Below, one piece after another: positions 25,970-40,184 of a DNA stretch of 64,000 nucleotides. The stretch covers positions 13,750-77,749 of the forward strand of contig CAXHJY010000719.1 in the NCBI GenBank assembly GCA_964016885.1. Reading direction: 5' to 3'. Both the position numbers and the translations under genes were made by a program. The DNA comes from Eledone cirrhosa. Lineage: Eukaryota. Under the pieces are notes generated by a model. It was given only the letters and a program-made list of their open reading frames with translations, did no database searches and was not told where the DNA came from. Each line of letters opens with the position of its first letter. The stretch's first letter is position 1.

Positions 25970-26036
25970 CATCTATATTAAAACTATATATATATATGTA
26001 CATATATATATCTATGTATATATATAGATATATAGC

Positions 26037-26079
<43 letters not shown>

Positions 26080-26163
26080 CTATATATCTCTATATATATA
26101 TGTACATATATATATCTATGTACATATATATATCTATGTATATATATATATCTATATATATAC

Positions 26164-26240
<77 letters not shown>

Positions 26241-26293
26241 TATATATATCTATGTATATATGTATATATATATATATATATATATCTCTCTAT

Positions 26294-29200
26294 ATCATCA
26301 TCATCATCATCACGGTTTTATGTCCGTTCTTCCACGCTAGCATGGGTTAGACGGGTTGTCCTGTTGTGTGCAGTGTCTGGTCGGCTGACCATGCCTTGCT
26401 CATACAGGAACTGATCTGGCTTGATTTCTACAGCTGGATGCCCTTCCTAACACCAACTTCATTTACAGTGAGTGCTGGGTGCTTTTTCGTGGCGCCTACA
26501 CGTCCACTTTACAGTGTGGGCTGGGTGCTTTTTTGCTATGGCACCTCCACGACCACCTTGCGGTGGGGGGTGTGGTGGCATATTGTTTATATGCTTCAGC
26601 ATGTACCCATGGAAGGTCGGGTACTCTGTATTACTGCGTGACGCCAGAAGTCACGGTCGTGTGTCATTGTCTTTGAGAGGTGTAATTGGGTAAGGTCGGC
26701 TTTTATCACCTCATCCCAGGTCATCTTGGGTCTCCCCACTCTGCGGTTTCCATCAACTTCTAGTGCTCTGCACCTTTTTATGCAGCTGTCATCCTTCATA
26801 CGCATCACATGTCCATACGAGCGCAACCGCCTCTCCTGCACACAGCATTTGATTCCTCTTATGCTCAGTCTCTCTCTCAATTCATTTATGCTTTGTCGTT
26901 CACGTATATTACTGTTACACATCCATCGGAGCATGCAGGCTTCGTTTCTCTCTAATCTACGTAAGTCTTCCACCTTCAGCGCCCAGGTCTCACTACCATG
27001 CAACATCGCTGTTCGGATACACGCATCATACAGTCTGCCTTTCATTCTGAGGGAGAAGCCTTTTGCAGCTTGCAGTGGTAGTAGTTCCCTAAACTTCTTC
27101 CATCCCGTTCTTACCCTAGGTATTGTACTTTCTGAACAGCCACCTCCGTTGCTAATTCGGTCACCTAGGTAGCAGAAGCTGTCTACTGTATCTACAGGGC
27201 CCTCCCAGAGATTGGTGGTACTTGTTTCCTGTGGCTGTTTGCTGCTTGCTGTTTCAGCACAGCTGCTGCATGTGAATCCTACATTCTTAATTAAGCTTCC
27301 TGAGATCCCGCTACATCTCTTGTGTACCTATTGTTTGCATTTGGGGCAGAGAATGGAGTTCCTACCTACACCTTTCCTACATACTGAGCAAGGCCATTTC
27401 CCTGCGGGGATCTGGGTTCTGTTTTCTCGTCTACTTACAAGGACCTTAGTCTTTGTCATGTTGACTTTGAGACCCTTTCTTTCTAGTCCCTGCTTCCAGG
27501 TTTGGAATTTATTCTCTAGTTCTACCATAGATTCAGCTATGAGTGCGAGGTCATCAGCATACAGGAGTTCCCATGGGCATCCGGTCTTAAACTCCTCCGT
27601 TATTGCCTGCAGGACTATGATGAACAGGAGAGGGCTAAGAACAGAGCCCTGGTGGACCCCAACCTGTACGCTAAATTCCTCGCTATACTCATTGCTAATC
27701 CTAACTTTGCTGACTGCTCCCCTATACATGGCTTGTACCGCTTTCACAAGCCATTCATCTACTCCTAGTTTTCTAAGAGCCCACCAGATTACCGCACGTG
27801 GAACTCTGTCAAAGGCTTTCTCAAGGTTGACAAATGCCAAGTAGAGTGGCTTACTTTTAGCTAGGTACTTTTCCTGTAATTGCCTCACAAGGAAGAGGGC
27901 ATCAGTGGTGCCTCTTCTTGGTACAAACCCAAATTGCATCTCGTCTATTTTCACCCGGTCCCTAATCAGCTGTGCTATAACTCTTTCTGTTACTTTCATG
28001 ACCTGGTCCATCAACTTTATACCTCTATAGTTTCCTCTATCTAGTGCATCGCCTTTACCTTTGTAGCAGTTGACAATGATGCTACTGCACCAATCTTTTG
28101 GTATGGCCCCTTCTAGTATTACCTGGTTAACGATACGTGTGGTTATAGTGTGACCTACAGACCCAGATGCCTTCAGCATCTCGGCAGCTATCCCCGATGG
28201 ACCGGTTGCCTTCCCCATCTTCATATCTCTGATTGCCTTACTTACTACGCTGCCGCTGACTTGTACTGCTGGTCCCTCTATAGGGTCTACTTGGGGTAGG
28301 GTCTCTTCTTCCCATGCATTCTCCTCATTTAGTAATCTATCATAATGACTCTTCCATGCATCTTTCTTCTCAGCACTTGTGAGGGCAAGCTCACCATTAT
28401 CATTCCGGATACACTTCTCTCCAATGACATCACAACTATCTCTGACAACTGCCTCGCAATCTTGAATACCTCCTGTTTCTGGTCCTCACGTTGTAAAACA
28501 TGCTTGAATTTTCTATCCTCTGCTTCCCTCCTAGCTAAGTATACTTGTCGCCTAGCTTCCCTCTTGGTTTCTATGTAATGTACCCTGCCTCCCCCGTTCT
28601 TCCATTCTTTCCATGCCTGTCTCTTGGCCTTGACTGCTTCATCTACCTTATTGTTCCACCACCAAGTCACTCTCCTCCTGCTTGAGGTCTTACTCCAGCC
28701 ACAGACCTCGTCCGTCGCCTCTAGTAAATTATTTTTTAGGAACTCCCAGTTCTCTTCTACATTAAATGTCTCTATCTGTTCTTCTTTACTGTCGTAGGCG
28801 TTGAGTAAAATATCTTTAAATCTGTTACTGGTTGAGGGGACTTTCAGCTTCCAGATCTTTCTTCTCCAGGTTGGCCTCTGTTTCAGGGCTCGTTTAGTTC
28901 TGACCGTGAGGTCGCTGACAACTAAGCTATGTTGGGATGTACATTCCTCACTAGGGAAGGCTTTTTTGTTTACGACCGTCCATCTGTCACGTCCTCTGAT
29001 GAGGATAAAATCTAACTGAGTAGAGTGCTCCCCTGATCTATAGGTGATCAGGTGGTTGTCGGGTTTTTTAAAGTTTGTGTTACATATCGACATGTCATTG
29101 GCGACGCAGAATTCTAGAAGTCTGAATCCTTCCTCATTCCTTGTGCCAACTCCATGGCCTCCATGTACTCTATTGAAGCCGTCGCTGTGTTTACCTACGT

Positions 29201-29824
29201 GTCCGTTAAAATCTCCTGCGATGATTAGGAAGTCATTGTCGTTTATTAGAGCAGTAGTGTGCATTAGGGACTCGTAAAACCTATCCTTAAGTTCGTCTGG
29301 CAGCCCCGATTGGGGTGCGTCAGCTGATATTATTGTGGTAATTGTCTTATTCAGGACTAATCTGAGTTTAATGATTCTTGCATTTACCCTGTACACTGAG
29401 ATTACTTTATCTATCCACTTGTCAGCTAACAGTATACCTACACCACCCATCCCATCGTCATTTCCCACCCAGAAAAATTTGTAGCACTGACTTTTTCCTA
29501 CAAGGACTCTAGCAGACTCTCCTCTCCATCTAGTCTCTTGCACACAGCATACATCAACTTCCTTTCGCTCTAGCATTTCTACGATTTCTCCTGCTCTTCC
29601 TTTCATTGAGCCTACATTGATGGTACCAACTCGGAGTTTTGGGCATTTGTCGACACTCGTAGGGGAGGGTCTCTGTGTTGGCGCTTCACGTGGGTGCTTG
29701 GTAGCTCGCAGATTCATATTTCATCTATTGATTCAGAGTTGCTCAAATGTATTCTCAGCTCACCCATCCATAACGGTGGGAAAATTGAGGGCTAGAAGAA
29801 CAGTGGTGGTGGGGTAATGGCAAT
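26294..29824 (-). mobile_element. RTE LINE family B, near full length (APE-RT, one frameshift and one stop seen)
   Basis: ORFs 29717-28329 (TINVGSM, VQETRW, GDFNGH, SQH), 28224-27328 (YADD) and 27045-26596. (GAT)n tail. Confidence 0.95.
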
Positions 29825-29949
29825 GTACATATATATATCTATGTATATATATATATATATCTATATATATACCTATATATATATATACATATTTATATGT
29901 ATATATATATATGTATATATATACATATATATATATACATATATATATG

Positions 29950-29988
<39 letters not shown>

Positions 29989-30029
29989 GTATATATATAT
30001 GTATATATATATATATGTATATATATATG

Positions 30030-30124
<95 letters not shown>

Positions 30125-30127
30125 GTA

Positions 30128-32602
30128 TGGCCAGGAGGGAAGCTAGGAGACAAGTGTACTTCGCAAGAAGGGAAGCAGAGGAAAGAAAGTTCAAGCATGT
30201 TCTACAACGTGAGGACCAAAAACGTGAGGTGTTCAGGATTGCCAGGCAATGTGTCAAGGAAAACCGTGATATTGTCGGGGAGAAGTGTGTACTTAACGAT
30301 GATGGCATACTTGCCATCACCAACGCTGATAAGAAGGTAGCTTGGAAGTGTCACTACGAAAGGCTTCTAAATGAGGAGAACAAATGGGAGAAAGACAGTC
30401 TCCCCCAGATCGATCCAATAGAGGGACCAGCAGTGTTAGTTGAAGGTAGTATAATAAGTAAGGCAATCAAAGATATGAAGACGGGTAAGGCGGCTGGGCC
30501 TTCGGAAATAGTTGCTGAGATGCTGAAGGCATCTGGTTCGGTGGGACACACCATGGTCACCCGCATAGTTAACCAAGTCGTACAGAATGGGGTTGTTCCG
30601 AAGGACTGGCATAGCAGCATCATCATTAACTGCTATAAGGGAAAAGGAGATGCCCTAGATAGGAGTAACTATAGAGGCATTAAATTAATCGACCAGGTCA
30701 TGAAGGTCACGGAAAAAGTAATAGCGCAACTAATCAGAGAGAGAATTGATCTAGATGAAATGCAGTTCGGGTTTGTGTCAGGCAAAAGTACCACAGACGC
30801 TCTTTTCATTGTACGACAACTACAGGAGAAGTACCTAGCTAAAAGTAAACCCCTATACTTAGCTTTCGTCGACTTGGAGAAAGCCTTCGACAGAGTCCCC
30901 CGTTCCATTATCTGGTGGTCTCTTAGAAAACTAGGTGTTGACGAATGGCTTGTGAGAGCTATACAAGCCATGTATAAAGAAACAGTCAGTAAGGTTAGAA
31001 TTAACAACGAATATAGTGAAGAGTTTAGCGTAAAAGTTGGTGTCCATCAGGGCTCTGTTCTTAGCCCCCTACTATTTATTATTGCCCTTCAGGCTATAAC
31101 AGAGGAGTTCAAGACCGGCTGCCCATGGGAACTCCTATACGCAGATGATCTAACGCTCATAGCTGAATCAATGACCGAACTAGAGAAGAAATTCCAAACA
31201 TGGAAGCACGGCCTTTAATCAAAAGGCCTTAAAATTAACCTGGCTAAGACTAAAGTTCTAGTTTGTAGGAAAGAAAATAAGGTGGTGGTCCCATCTGGGA
31301 AATGGCCATGCTCAGTGTGTAGGAAAGGCGTAGGTAGAAACTCCATTTTATGTCCCAAATGCAAAGTATGGGTGCATAAAAGATGTAGTGGGATCACAGG
31401 TAAGCTAACTAAGAACATAGATTTTACATGTGGCCGGTGCTCTGGTGCAATAAGTAGCAGCAAGTGCCCATAAAATACTAGCTCCTTCAACTGCGCAGAG
31501 GGTTCTATAGAAATAGTGGACAGCTTCCGTTATCTGGGTGACAAAATCAGCAGTGGGGGAGGGTGCTCTGAAAGTACAGTAGCTAGAGTCAGAACTGGAT
31601 GGAAAAAGTTCAGAGAGCTTATACCACTATTAGCCGCTAGAGGGTTCTCCCTAAAAATGAAAGGCAGGTTATACGATGCCTGCATACGAACAGCAATGCT
31701 GCATGGCAGTGAGACCTGGGCATTGTGTGCAGAGGATATACGCAGACTAGAGAGGAACGAAGCTTGCATGCTCCGCTGGATGTGCAATAGTAATATACGT
31801 GAACGGCAAAGCATAAACGAACTAAGGAAAAAATTAGAAATAAGAGGGATCAGATGTTGTTTACTCGAGAGAAGGCTACGTTGGTACAGTCACGTGATGC
31901 GCATGAAAGACGACAGCTGTATAACAAAGTGCAGGGCAATAAAGATAGACGGTAACCACGGAGTAGGCAGACCCAGAAAAACATGGGACGAGCTGATAAA
32001 TTCCGACCTCACACGCTTACACCTCTCCAAGACAATGTCACTGGACCGAGACCTTTGGCGGTACTCAGTAATAGAGAAGACCCGCCTTACCTAAATACAA
32101 AGTAAAAACCTACTACAGTCAGTAGGCATCTCTATCAAAACACACCCCCGTCCCACCACCTCCACCCCACCCACACCGCCCCTTTCAATGTAAAGTTATG
32201 TTGGTCCCACAACATCCAGGCCGAAACAAATGAGATCGTGTAGGTGTCACGACAAAAAACACACAGTCCACGCTGTAAATGTGGCCGTGTAGGCAACACG
32301 GTAAAAACCTCCCAGCCCCACACTGTAAATGTGGTTGGTGTTAGGAAGGGCATCCACCTGTAGAAAACCCGCCAGACAGTCCACGCTGTAAATGTGGCCG
32401 TGTAGGCAACACGGTAAAAACCTCCCAGCCCCACACTGTAAATGTGGTTGGTGTTAGGAAGGGCATCCAACTGTAGAAAACCCGCCAGACAGTCCTATGC
32501 GAGCAAGACAACCACTCTTGCCTCAAGTGGGAAAACCCCCGTCCAAACCCATGCAAGCGTGGAACACGGACGCTAAACCTGATGATGATGATGATGATGA
32601 TG
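30128..32602 (+). mobile_element. RTE LINE family A, 5'-truncated, two in-frame stops
   Basis: RT motifs, stops at 31216 and 31471, duplicated ~113-bp 3'UTR unit, (GAT)n tail. Confidence 0.95.
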
Positions 32603-32690
32603 TATATATATATACATATATATATATATGTATATATATACATATATATATATATGTATATATACATATATACATATATGTATATATATG

Positions 32691-32872
<182 letters not shown>

Positions 32873-32899
32873 CACACACATATATATATATATATATTT

Positions 32900-32933
<34 letters not shown>

Positions 32934-32936
32934 TAT

Positions 32937-33277
32937 GGAGGCACATGGCTTAGTGGTTAGAGCATTGGCCTTGCAATCGAAAGGTTGTGAGTTCAATTCT
33001 CAGACCGGGTGATGTGTTGTTTCCTTGAGCAAGACACTTTATTTCACATTGCTCCAGTTTACTCAGCTGTAGAAATGAGATGATAGGGACTGGGGTCCCT
33101 ATCATTCCACTGCAAAGTGGTCGTGGAGGTGCCACGGCAAAAAAGCACCCAGCACTCACTGTAAATGAGGTTGGTGTTAGGAAGGGCATCCAGCTGTAAA
33201 AATCAAGCCAGAATCAGTTCCCGTCCCACCCTTGCAAGCAGGGAAAAAGCGGACGTAAAATGAAATGATGATGATGA

Positions 33278-33281
<4 letters not shown>
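32937..33281 (+). mobile_element. CORE-like SINE copy
   Basis: Matches 16908-17249. Confidence 0.92.
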
Positions 33282-33321
<40 letters not shown>

Positions 33322-33360
33322 GATATTAATAAATGGAAACTATATTTATAAAACCATATT

Positions 33361-33425
33361 TATTTCATTATACATATTTCAGGGATAGCAAATTAAATTA
33401 TGGTATGCCTTCATCAGACAAAATA
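33361..33425 (-). ncRNA. Type I hammerhead ribozyme
   Basis: TATTTTGT-CTGATGA-AGGcATACCA..TGCTATcCCT-GAAA-TATGT-ATA^ATGAAATA. Confidence 0.78.
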
Positions 33426-34024
33426 CAATATATAACAGTTTTACAACTAAGCTTTGACGTACCCTATTAAAATGCAACCATTGTTTTTGGAAGTCATCCG
33501 GATAGTGAATTGTTTATATAACTTTAATAAGTCATAGTGTTAAGGACAATTAGAAAAAGACGGAGAGAAAGAAAACGACAGAGAGAAAGAAAACGTGGAG
33601 AAATATCGGAGAGAGAGAGAGATGCATGGAGAAAAAAAAGAAAGAGATAAGTAAAGACAGGAGGAAAGGAAGAAAGAAGAAAAAAGGAAGAAATTAAAAA
33701 AACAGAGGAAAGCAACAGAGAGATATTAAGTCAACAGACAGATAGAAAAACTCAAGAGAGAGAAATGTTATATATAGAGAGAGGGAGATTATGAAAACTT
33801 TACGTCATGTCATGTTAAGTTGAGTTAACAATTCATATGAAATGAATAATAAAAATATAAATATTAATATTCATGAATGGGACATAGATATATAATATGA
33901 GAAATTAAACATTGTTTAATAATGACTATATTTTTAGTTTAAACCTTGAGATCAATATACCAAAATTTGGGTTTAATCTCCAAAATGTACACATTGCTAG
34001 AGAAAGTCAGTATCTCAGGCAAAG

Positions 34025-34074
<50 letters not shown>

Positions 34075-34259
34075 GCACGTCCTGAAAATAGAAATTATAT
34101 TTACTCAAGTCAACAATATAGACATATAAAACGCAGACGATTTCTCTTAATCACTGCTATACATTCGTTGTGTTATAAAAAGTTCACAGTATATATACAC
34201 ATAAATATATACGATTAACATTCATGACTTCGTATATATGATTACCATTCATGCATTTA

Positions 34260-35235
34260 ATATGGGTTTTAATATTTAGTGAGAAAGGGGGAGCAAACCA
34301 TAATATGTTTCTAGTTCTATTTCTTTTTCGGCTTTTGGAATTATTGTAATGTTTTCTATTATAGTTGTTAAAGTTGTTACCATAATTAAAATTGTTATTA
34401 TTTTGGTTAGTTTGCTTATTATTATTATTATTATCAATGTATTTAATTTTATTTCTATATCCAGCTCTACCTAACGCTTCATTGTAATAATGCGCTTTTT
34501 CATCAAATATATTTTTATTAGATGAAATTCTTGAAATTCTTTCTTGAACAGAGTTCACTATAGTATTTTTAACAGATCTGGGGTGATGAGAGTTAAAATT
34601 AACATAATTCAAGTTCTCATTTAGTTTGTGAAATGGATAATGAAGACGTGTTGAGATTTAGTGTTACGTCAAGAAAATTGACTATTTTATGGTTATTCTC
34701 TATTTCTACTTTTAGATTATGGTAATTAAAAAATTGTATAATTTGTTTTCTTTTCCTATTTAGTTCACAGCTATTATTTTGTATTATTTTGTCATCACGA
34801 TATAAGCCTCTGGTTACACCCAGTATTTTTCTATGTAGCGAATTAATTATAAATAGGCCCACAAGGTCCGTTACCTGAGCTCAGTCTGATGATCCCATAG
34901 TTATGTCGAAATTATTATTTCTATCTGCCCTAGTCCAGAGTTGGTTATTAAATGCTATCAATGTTTTCCTTGCCGATAATATAATGTGCATTTCATTGCT
35001 AGTTAGGTCAGTAGGTTTAAATGTGTAATTTAGTGCCTTATTCAGTAGATTAGGAGTGATAGATGAGTAGTAGTTAGCAATATCCAGCTGAATAAACTTA
35101 TTATTATAGTTATATTTAATTTCTTTAAACCAATCGATAACCTCACTAGTCCCTTTCCATAATTTTAAGTAAGATAAATTAGGTAAGTTTTTAATTTGTT
35201 GTATTACCCTGTCTAGAATATTTTTGCTAAATGAT
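34260..35235 (-). pseudogene. Penelope-like reverse transcriptase (degenerate)
   Basis: FIQLDIANYYSSI, FDITMGSSD*AQVTDLVG, GLYRDD, VNFLDVTL, YVNFNSHHP, WFAPPFS. Confidence 0.88.
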
Positions 35236-36034
35236 GACGCACGCAGATATTTATTTATACATATATAGGTGTATATGTATATATGTGTGTGTATGTATAT
35301 GTGTGAGTAAAAATTATGTTGCATAACCACGCAGTTTGGATTGCAGAAATGTTAAATGCATGAATGGTAATCATATATACGAAGTCATGAATGTTAATCG
35401 TATATATTTATGTGTATATATACTGTGAACTTTTGATATATATATATATATATATATTTGTGTGTCTTTGCCTGAGATACTGACTTTCTCTAGCAATGTG
35501 TACATTTTGGAGATTAAACCCAAATTTTGGTATATTGATCTCAAGGTTTAAACTAAACATATAGTCATTATTAAACAATGTTTAATTTCTCATATTATAT
35601 ATCTATGTCCCATTCATGAATATTAATATTTATATTTTTATTATTCATTTCATATGAATTGTTAACTCAACTTAACATGACATGACGTAAAGTTTTCATA
35701 ATCTCCCTCTCTCTCTCTATATAACATTTCTCTCTCTTGAGTTTTTCTATCTGTCTGTTGACTTAATATCTCTCTGTTGCTTTCCTCTGTTTTTTTAATT
35801 TCTTCCTTTTTTCTTCTTTCTTCCTTTCCTCCTGTCTTTACTTATCTCTTTCTTTTTTTTCTCCATGCATCTCTCTCTCCGTCGTTTTCTTTCTCTCCGT
35901 CTTTTACTAATTGTCCTTAACACTATGACTTATTAAAGTTATATAAACAATTCACTATCCGGATGACTTCCAAAAACAATGGTTGCATTTTAATAGGGTA
36001 CGTCAAAGCTTATTTGTAAAACTGTTATATATTG

Positions 36035-36099
36035 TATTTTATCTGATGAAGGCATACCATAATTTAATTTGGTATCCCTGAAATATCTATAATGAAATA
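36035..36099 (+). ncRNA. Type I hammerhead ribozyme
   Basis: TATTTTAT-CTGATGA-AGGcATACCA..TGGTATcCCT-GAAA-TATCT-ATA^ATGAAATA. Stems covary with the 4041 copy. Confidence 0.85.
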
Positions 36100-36227
36100 A
36101 ATATGGTTTTATAAATATAGTTTCCATTTATTAATATCGTATATCTACTCCAAATACTTGTCGAGTGCTTTATATCAGTTATAAAAATATTTACTTGTTG
36201 TATCCCAACAATTTTAAATAGAGCTTT

Positions 36228-36269
<42 letters not shown>

Positions 36270-36329
36270 GCCACACGAGTCGGCGGCGGCAGACTCGGCA
36301 CGCATCAATGGTGGAACACACATCGGCGT

Positions 36330-36686
36330 TGTAACTGTAGAAACAAAGGAAATTGCTCATTAAAAGGAAATTGTCTTATTAATAACATAGTATATAAATG
36401 TAAAATTAACATTAAGGACTCAACATATTCATATATAGGTGCTACTTCTAACCAATTTAAAGTAAGATTTTATACCCACAAACATAGTTTTAAAAATGCT
36501 GCATTAGCTAATACAACATCCTTGGCTGAAATAATTTATAATTATAGAAAAAAGAATATCGATTATAACCTGACCTGGAGTGTGCTCAAAAGGGCCACCC
36601 CTTATCAAAATAACAGCTATGAGTGTAGATTATGTTCCCAGGAACTTTTTGAAATAATGAAATCTAAGGATATCCTATTAAATAAG
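36330..36686 (+). pseudogene. Penelope-like GIY-YIG endonuclease fragment
   Basis: CNCRNKGNCSLKGNCLINNIVYKC...YIGATSNQFKVRF..HKHSF...CRLCSQE...LLNK. Confidence 0.85.
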
Positions 36687-38275
36687 CTGGCCTACCTGTC
36701 ATGGAGCCCCGAGCATGCTCCTAGCTGCTGATACGGTCATACTCTCGGCTACTGGGGTCCAACAGGCCGACCCTTTGGGACCCCTCCTGTTCGCCCTTGG
36801 TATTGACCACATCGCCCGAGTATCACGGACCTCTCAATGTTTGGTATCTGGATGATGCTACGTTGGGTGGGCCCGTACGGACGGTTTGCCAAGACCTTCA
36901 ATCGGTGATTCCTGCCCTGGCGGGAATCGGCCTCCAGGTCAACTCAGCTAAGTCGGAGGTGGTGAACGTCAGCCTCGATGCTGCGAGCTTTGCAGCCTCC
37001 GTCTTGGACGTGTGGTCCATTCTCCGCTAGGTTCAGGTGACTCCCAAAGAGGATGTCCTCATCCTCGGGTCACCGATCCACCCGCCAGCCATCCGCTCCA
37101 CCATCAGGTCCAGGCTTCAACAGCTCCAGACTCTCACAAGCCGACTGGGCTTGATTGACGGCCACCCAGCTCTCTTTCTGCTGAGGAACTGCTTCGCCAT
37201 GCCGAAGCTCCTCTATACACTCCGCAGCGCTCCATGCTACACCCAGACATCTCTCCTCGCTGACCTCGATACTTGTGTCCGAGCATCAGCCGAGGGGATA
37301 TGCAATGTCAAGTTTGATGACATAGGGTGGCAACAGGCCACTTTATCGGTCAGGTATGGCGGCCTAGGCCTCCGATCCCTGATCTCACTAGCTTTGCTGG
37401 CGTATCTTTCGTTGGTAACCTCGTGCCGCGTCCTCGTCAGCAGGGTTCTTCAAAACACAACAGAACCCTGTGTTCAGAGAATGTGAGGCCGCCTGTGAGA
37501 CGTGGGACCGGCTGGGACTTAGTCCAGTAGATGTCCCTCCTCCTTCTTCCTCTGTTGACGTCAAGTCCCGCCAACGCACTTGGGATGCCATCCAGTGCAA
37601 CCTGGCCTCAGACAGGCTCACGTGCCAGCTCGACCAGCACCGCCTTGTTTGTTTTCATGCGGCCTCCAAACCCCACAGTGGTGCCTGGCTCCATGCTCTG
37701 CCCTCTTTCTCCACTGGCACGCAGCTAGACAACCATAGCCTGTGTATCGGCGTTTCCTTGAGGCTCGGCCTCCGGATCTGCCAGCCACACCAATGTCGGT
37801 GCGGTTCCACCGTGGACTCTTTCGGCCTCCACCCGCTTTCCTGTCGCCATAGTGCCGGCCGCATTCCACGCCATACTGCCCTCAACGAGGTCATTAAGCA
37901 TGGCTTGGACACTGCAGGCTTCCCTTCCCAGCTCGAGCCGGTGGGCTGGATCGAGGGGACAGCAAAAGGTTGGGATGCCACTTGCACCGACACTTTCTGC
38001 AGCCGCAACCTGGTGCAGTCAGCGACTGACCCAAGTTCTGCTCCTCAAATACTGGGCGCTCTCCGACAGGTTTGCGGTCGTTCCCCTGGCAGTGGAAACT
38101 TCTGGTGTCCTCGGCCCCAGGGCTACCTCCTTACTTACCATCGTAGGCGCTGAGCTGGCCAGCCGCATGTGTGAGCCCCGCGAGTTGGAGTGGCTTTTCC
38201 AGCGCGTCTTCCTTGCTGTCCTCCGGGGAAACGCCTTCTCCATTCTGTCCGCCGGGGCTGTGGGTGGGCCCCATC
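36687..38275 (+). mobile_element. GC-rich CRE-clade-like non-LTR retrotransposon remnant (RT + CCHC + restriction-like endonuclease)
   Basis: GVQQADPLGPLLF, WYLDD, GGLGLRS, SGAWLHALP, CRCG..FGLHPLSC..RH, WDATC, PLAVETSG. Confidence 0.85.
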
Positions 38276-38306
38276 GCGTACCAATACATTCTTTCATCAT
38301 CATCAC

Positions 38307-38490
38307 GGTGGATTGGCAGTATCGGTAGAGGGTCGGACGCCATGCTTTCCAGCATAGTTATGTCCCTTTACGATCTGAGTTCAAATCCCGCCGAGGTTGA
38401 CTTTGCCTTTCATCCTTACGGGGTCGATAAAATAAAGTACCAGTAATGTACTGGGTAATTGCTGGCCTTGTGCCTAACGTAGAAACAATT
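38307..38490 (+). mobile_element. tRNA-derived SINE family 2 (Meta-domain-like centre)
   Basis: TGGCAGTATCGG A-box-like, GAGTTCAAATCC B box, GCCTTTCATCCTTACGGGGTCGATAAAATAAAGTACCAG. Confidence 0.8.
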
Positions 38491-38809
38491 CTTTCATCAT
38501 CATCAACCGTTGTATTATTAAAGATGTATTACCTAAAAAAAATAAAAAAAAATATTCAAAACTTAAGTCTGCATTCCTCTACCCCTAAATTAAATTTCTA
38601 CTACTACTATTCTATCAACTTGACCACTTAATACTTTTCTATTGGTCAGTTAAAAACATGCTAACCATCGAAACAGACACATACACACAACACCTTCTAC
38701 TTTAGAAAATAAAAATCCGAACTAAATAAACCTTAACATACATTTGCACTGACAATACAACAGAACAAATACGAATAAGTAAGAAAAATATGTTCATTCA
38801 AAAATATTC

Positions 38810-38842
<33 letters not shown>

Positions 38843-39119
38843 ATATATATATATTCTCTTCATCTTAACATGTTAATCATACTCCCACACACATAACACC
38901 CATACACACACATAACAACCCCCACACCCACACACACAACTCCCTCCCCTACTAATAGAATTATTTTCCTACACACATATATATACACACACACACAAAA
39001 TATATATTCTCTCCATCTTAACATACTCCCCCACACACACACATAACACCCATATACACACACACACAACTCCCTCCCCCATTTCTACTAATAGAATCAT
39101 CTTCCAATACACACACACA

Positions 39120-39438
39120 CACACACACAAATAAACATACTTTCTTTACTTCAATAGAAAATCTGAATTCTGACACCCCAGCGAACTAACCATATTCACT
39201 GAACCAGAACAATTCTCCCATCCCATTTCTCTTGACCATTATCTTTTGCTTGTCAAAAAATTCTCTAAAAAGGCTACAGAATAGATTTCCAAATAAAGGC
39301 GCGGAAATTTAATGAAAACTTGTTCACGTGACAGCCATAATTTCATTTATAACCAATCAAATTACATTTATTAAAAAAAAGCCTTCCTGAACCCCTTTTT
39401 TTTAAGTAAAAAGAAATTCAAACACGCACACACAACAC

Positions 39439-39489
<51 letters not shown>

Positions 39490-39805
39490 GCACACAAATA
39501 AACATACATCTCTTTACTTTCTTTATTCAATAGAAAATCTGAATTCTGACACCCCAGCGAACTAACCATATTCACTGAACCAGAACAATTCTCCCATCCA
39601 ATTTCTCTTGACCATTATCTTTTACTTGTCATAAAATTCTCTAAAAAGGCTACAGAATGGATTTCCAAATAAGGGTGCGAAAATTTAATGAAAACTTGTT
39701 CACGTGACAGCCATAATTTCATTTATAACCAATCAAATTGCGTTTATTAAAAAAAAGCCTTCGTGAGCCCCCTTTTTTTTAAGTAAAAAGAAATTCAAAC
39801 ACTGA
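39120..39805 (+). repeat. Direct duplication of ~290 bp separated by (CA)n
   Basis: 39150-39424 matches 39526-39802. Confidence 0.9.
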
Positions 39806-40147
39806 TATATGAAAGAACAACCTGTGACACCCCCCCCCCCTTGTTTTAAGAACTTTGTAACGCGAACTGGCGCAAAATTTATAATTATTGACCAACCAAT
39901 CAAATTACTTCTCGAAAAACCTGGCATTTTGAGCCACTTTTTCCATATAAAACAAGTAACATTCAGAGACCAACCAGATGTGAGAAAAACCACAGACCCT
40001 CCATCTCAACTCTACTTTTGAAAAGCAGAAGAACAGCGAAACCGGTAAAGGAACCAAATAAATATATATATTTTTAAAAAAATAAGACTCCAGTTGCATT
40101 TTCGATTTCATCTTTTTTTCTTTATATATATATATATAGATATACAT

Positions 40148-40184
<37 letters not shown>

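Larger units (their letters stand above)
25681..25985. mobile_element. Palindromic HHR cassette (third family) in (TA)n
   Basis: 25753-25851 is inverted relative to ~25886-25985, with a 72-bp unpaired left extension and an internal 30-bp duplication. Confidence 0.8.
33320..36230. mobile_element. Penelope-like family 2 cassette: long inverted arms around an RT fragment
   Basis: 33320-34060 is inverted relative to 35440-36142, and 34180-34258 relative to 35352-35433. Confidence 0.9.
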
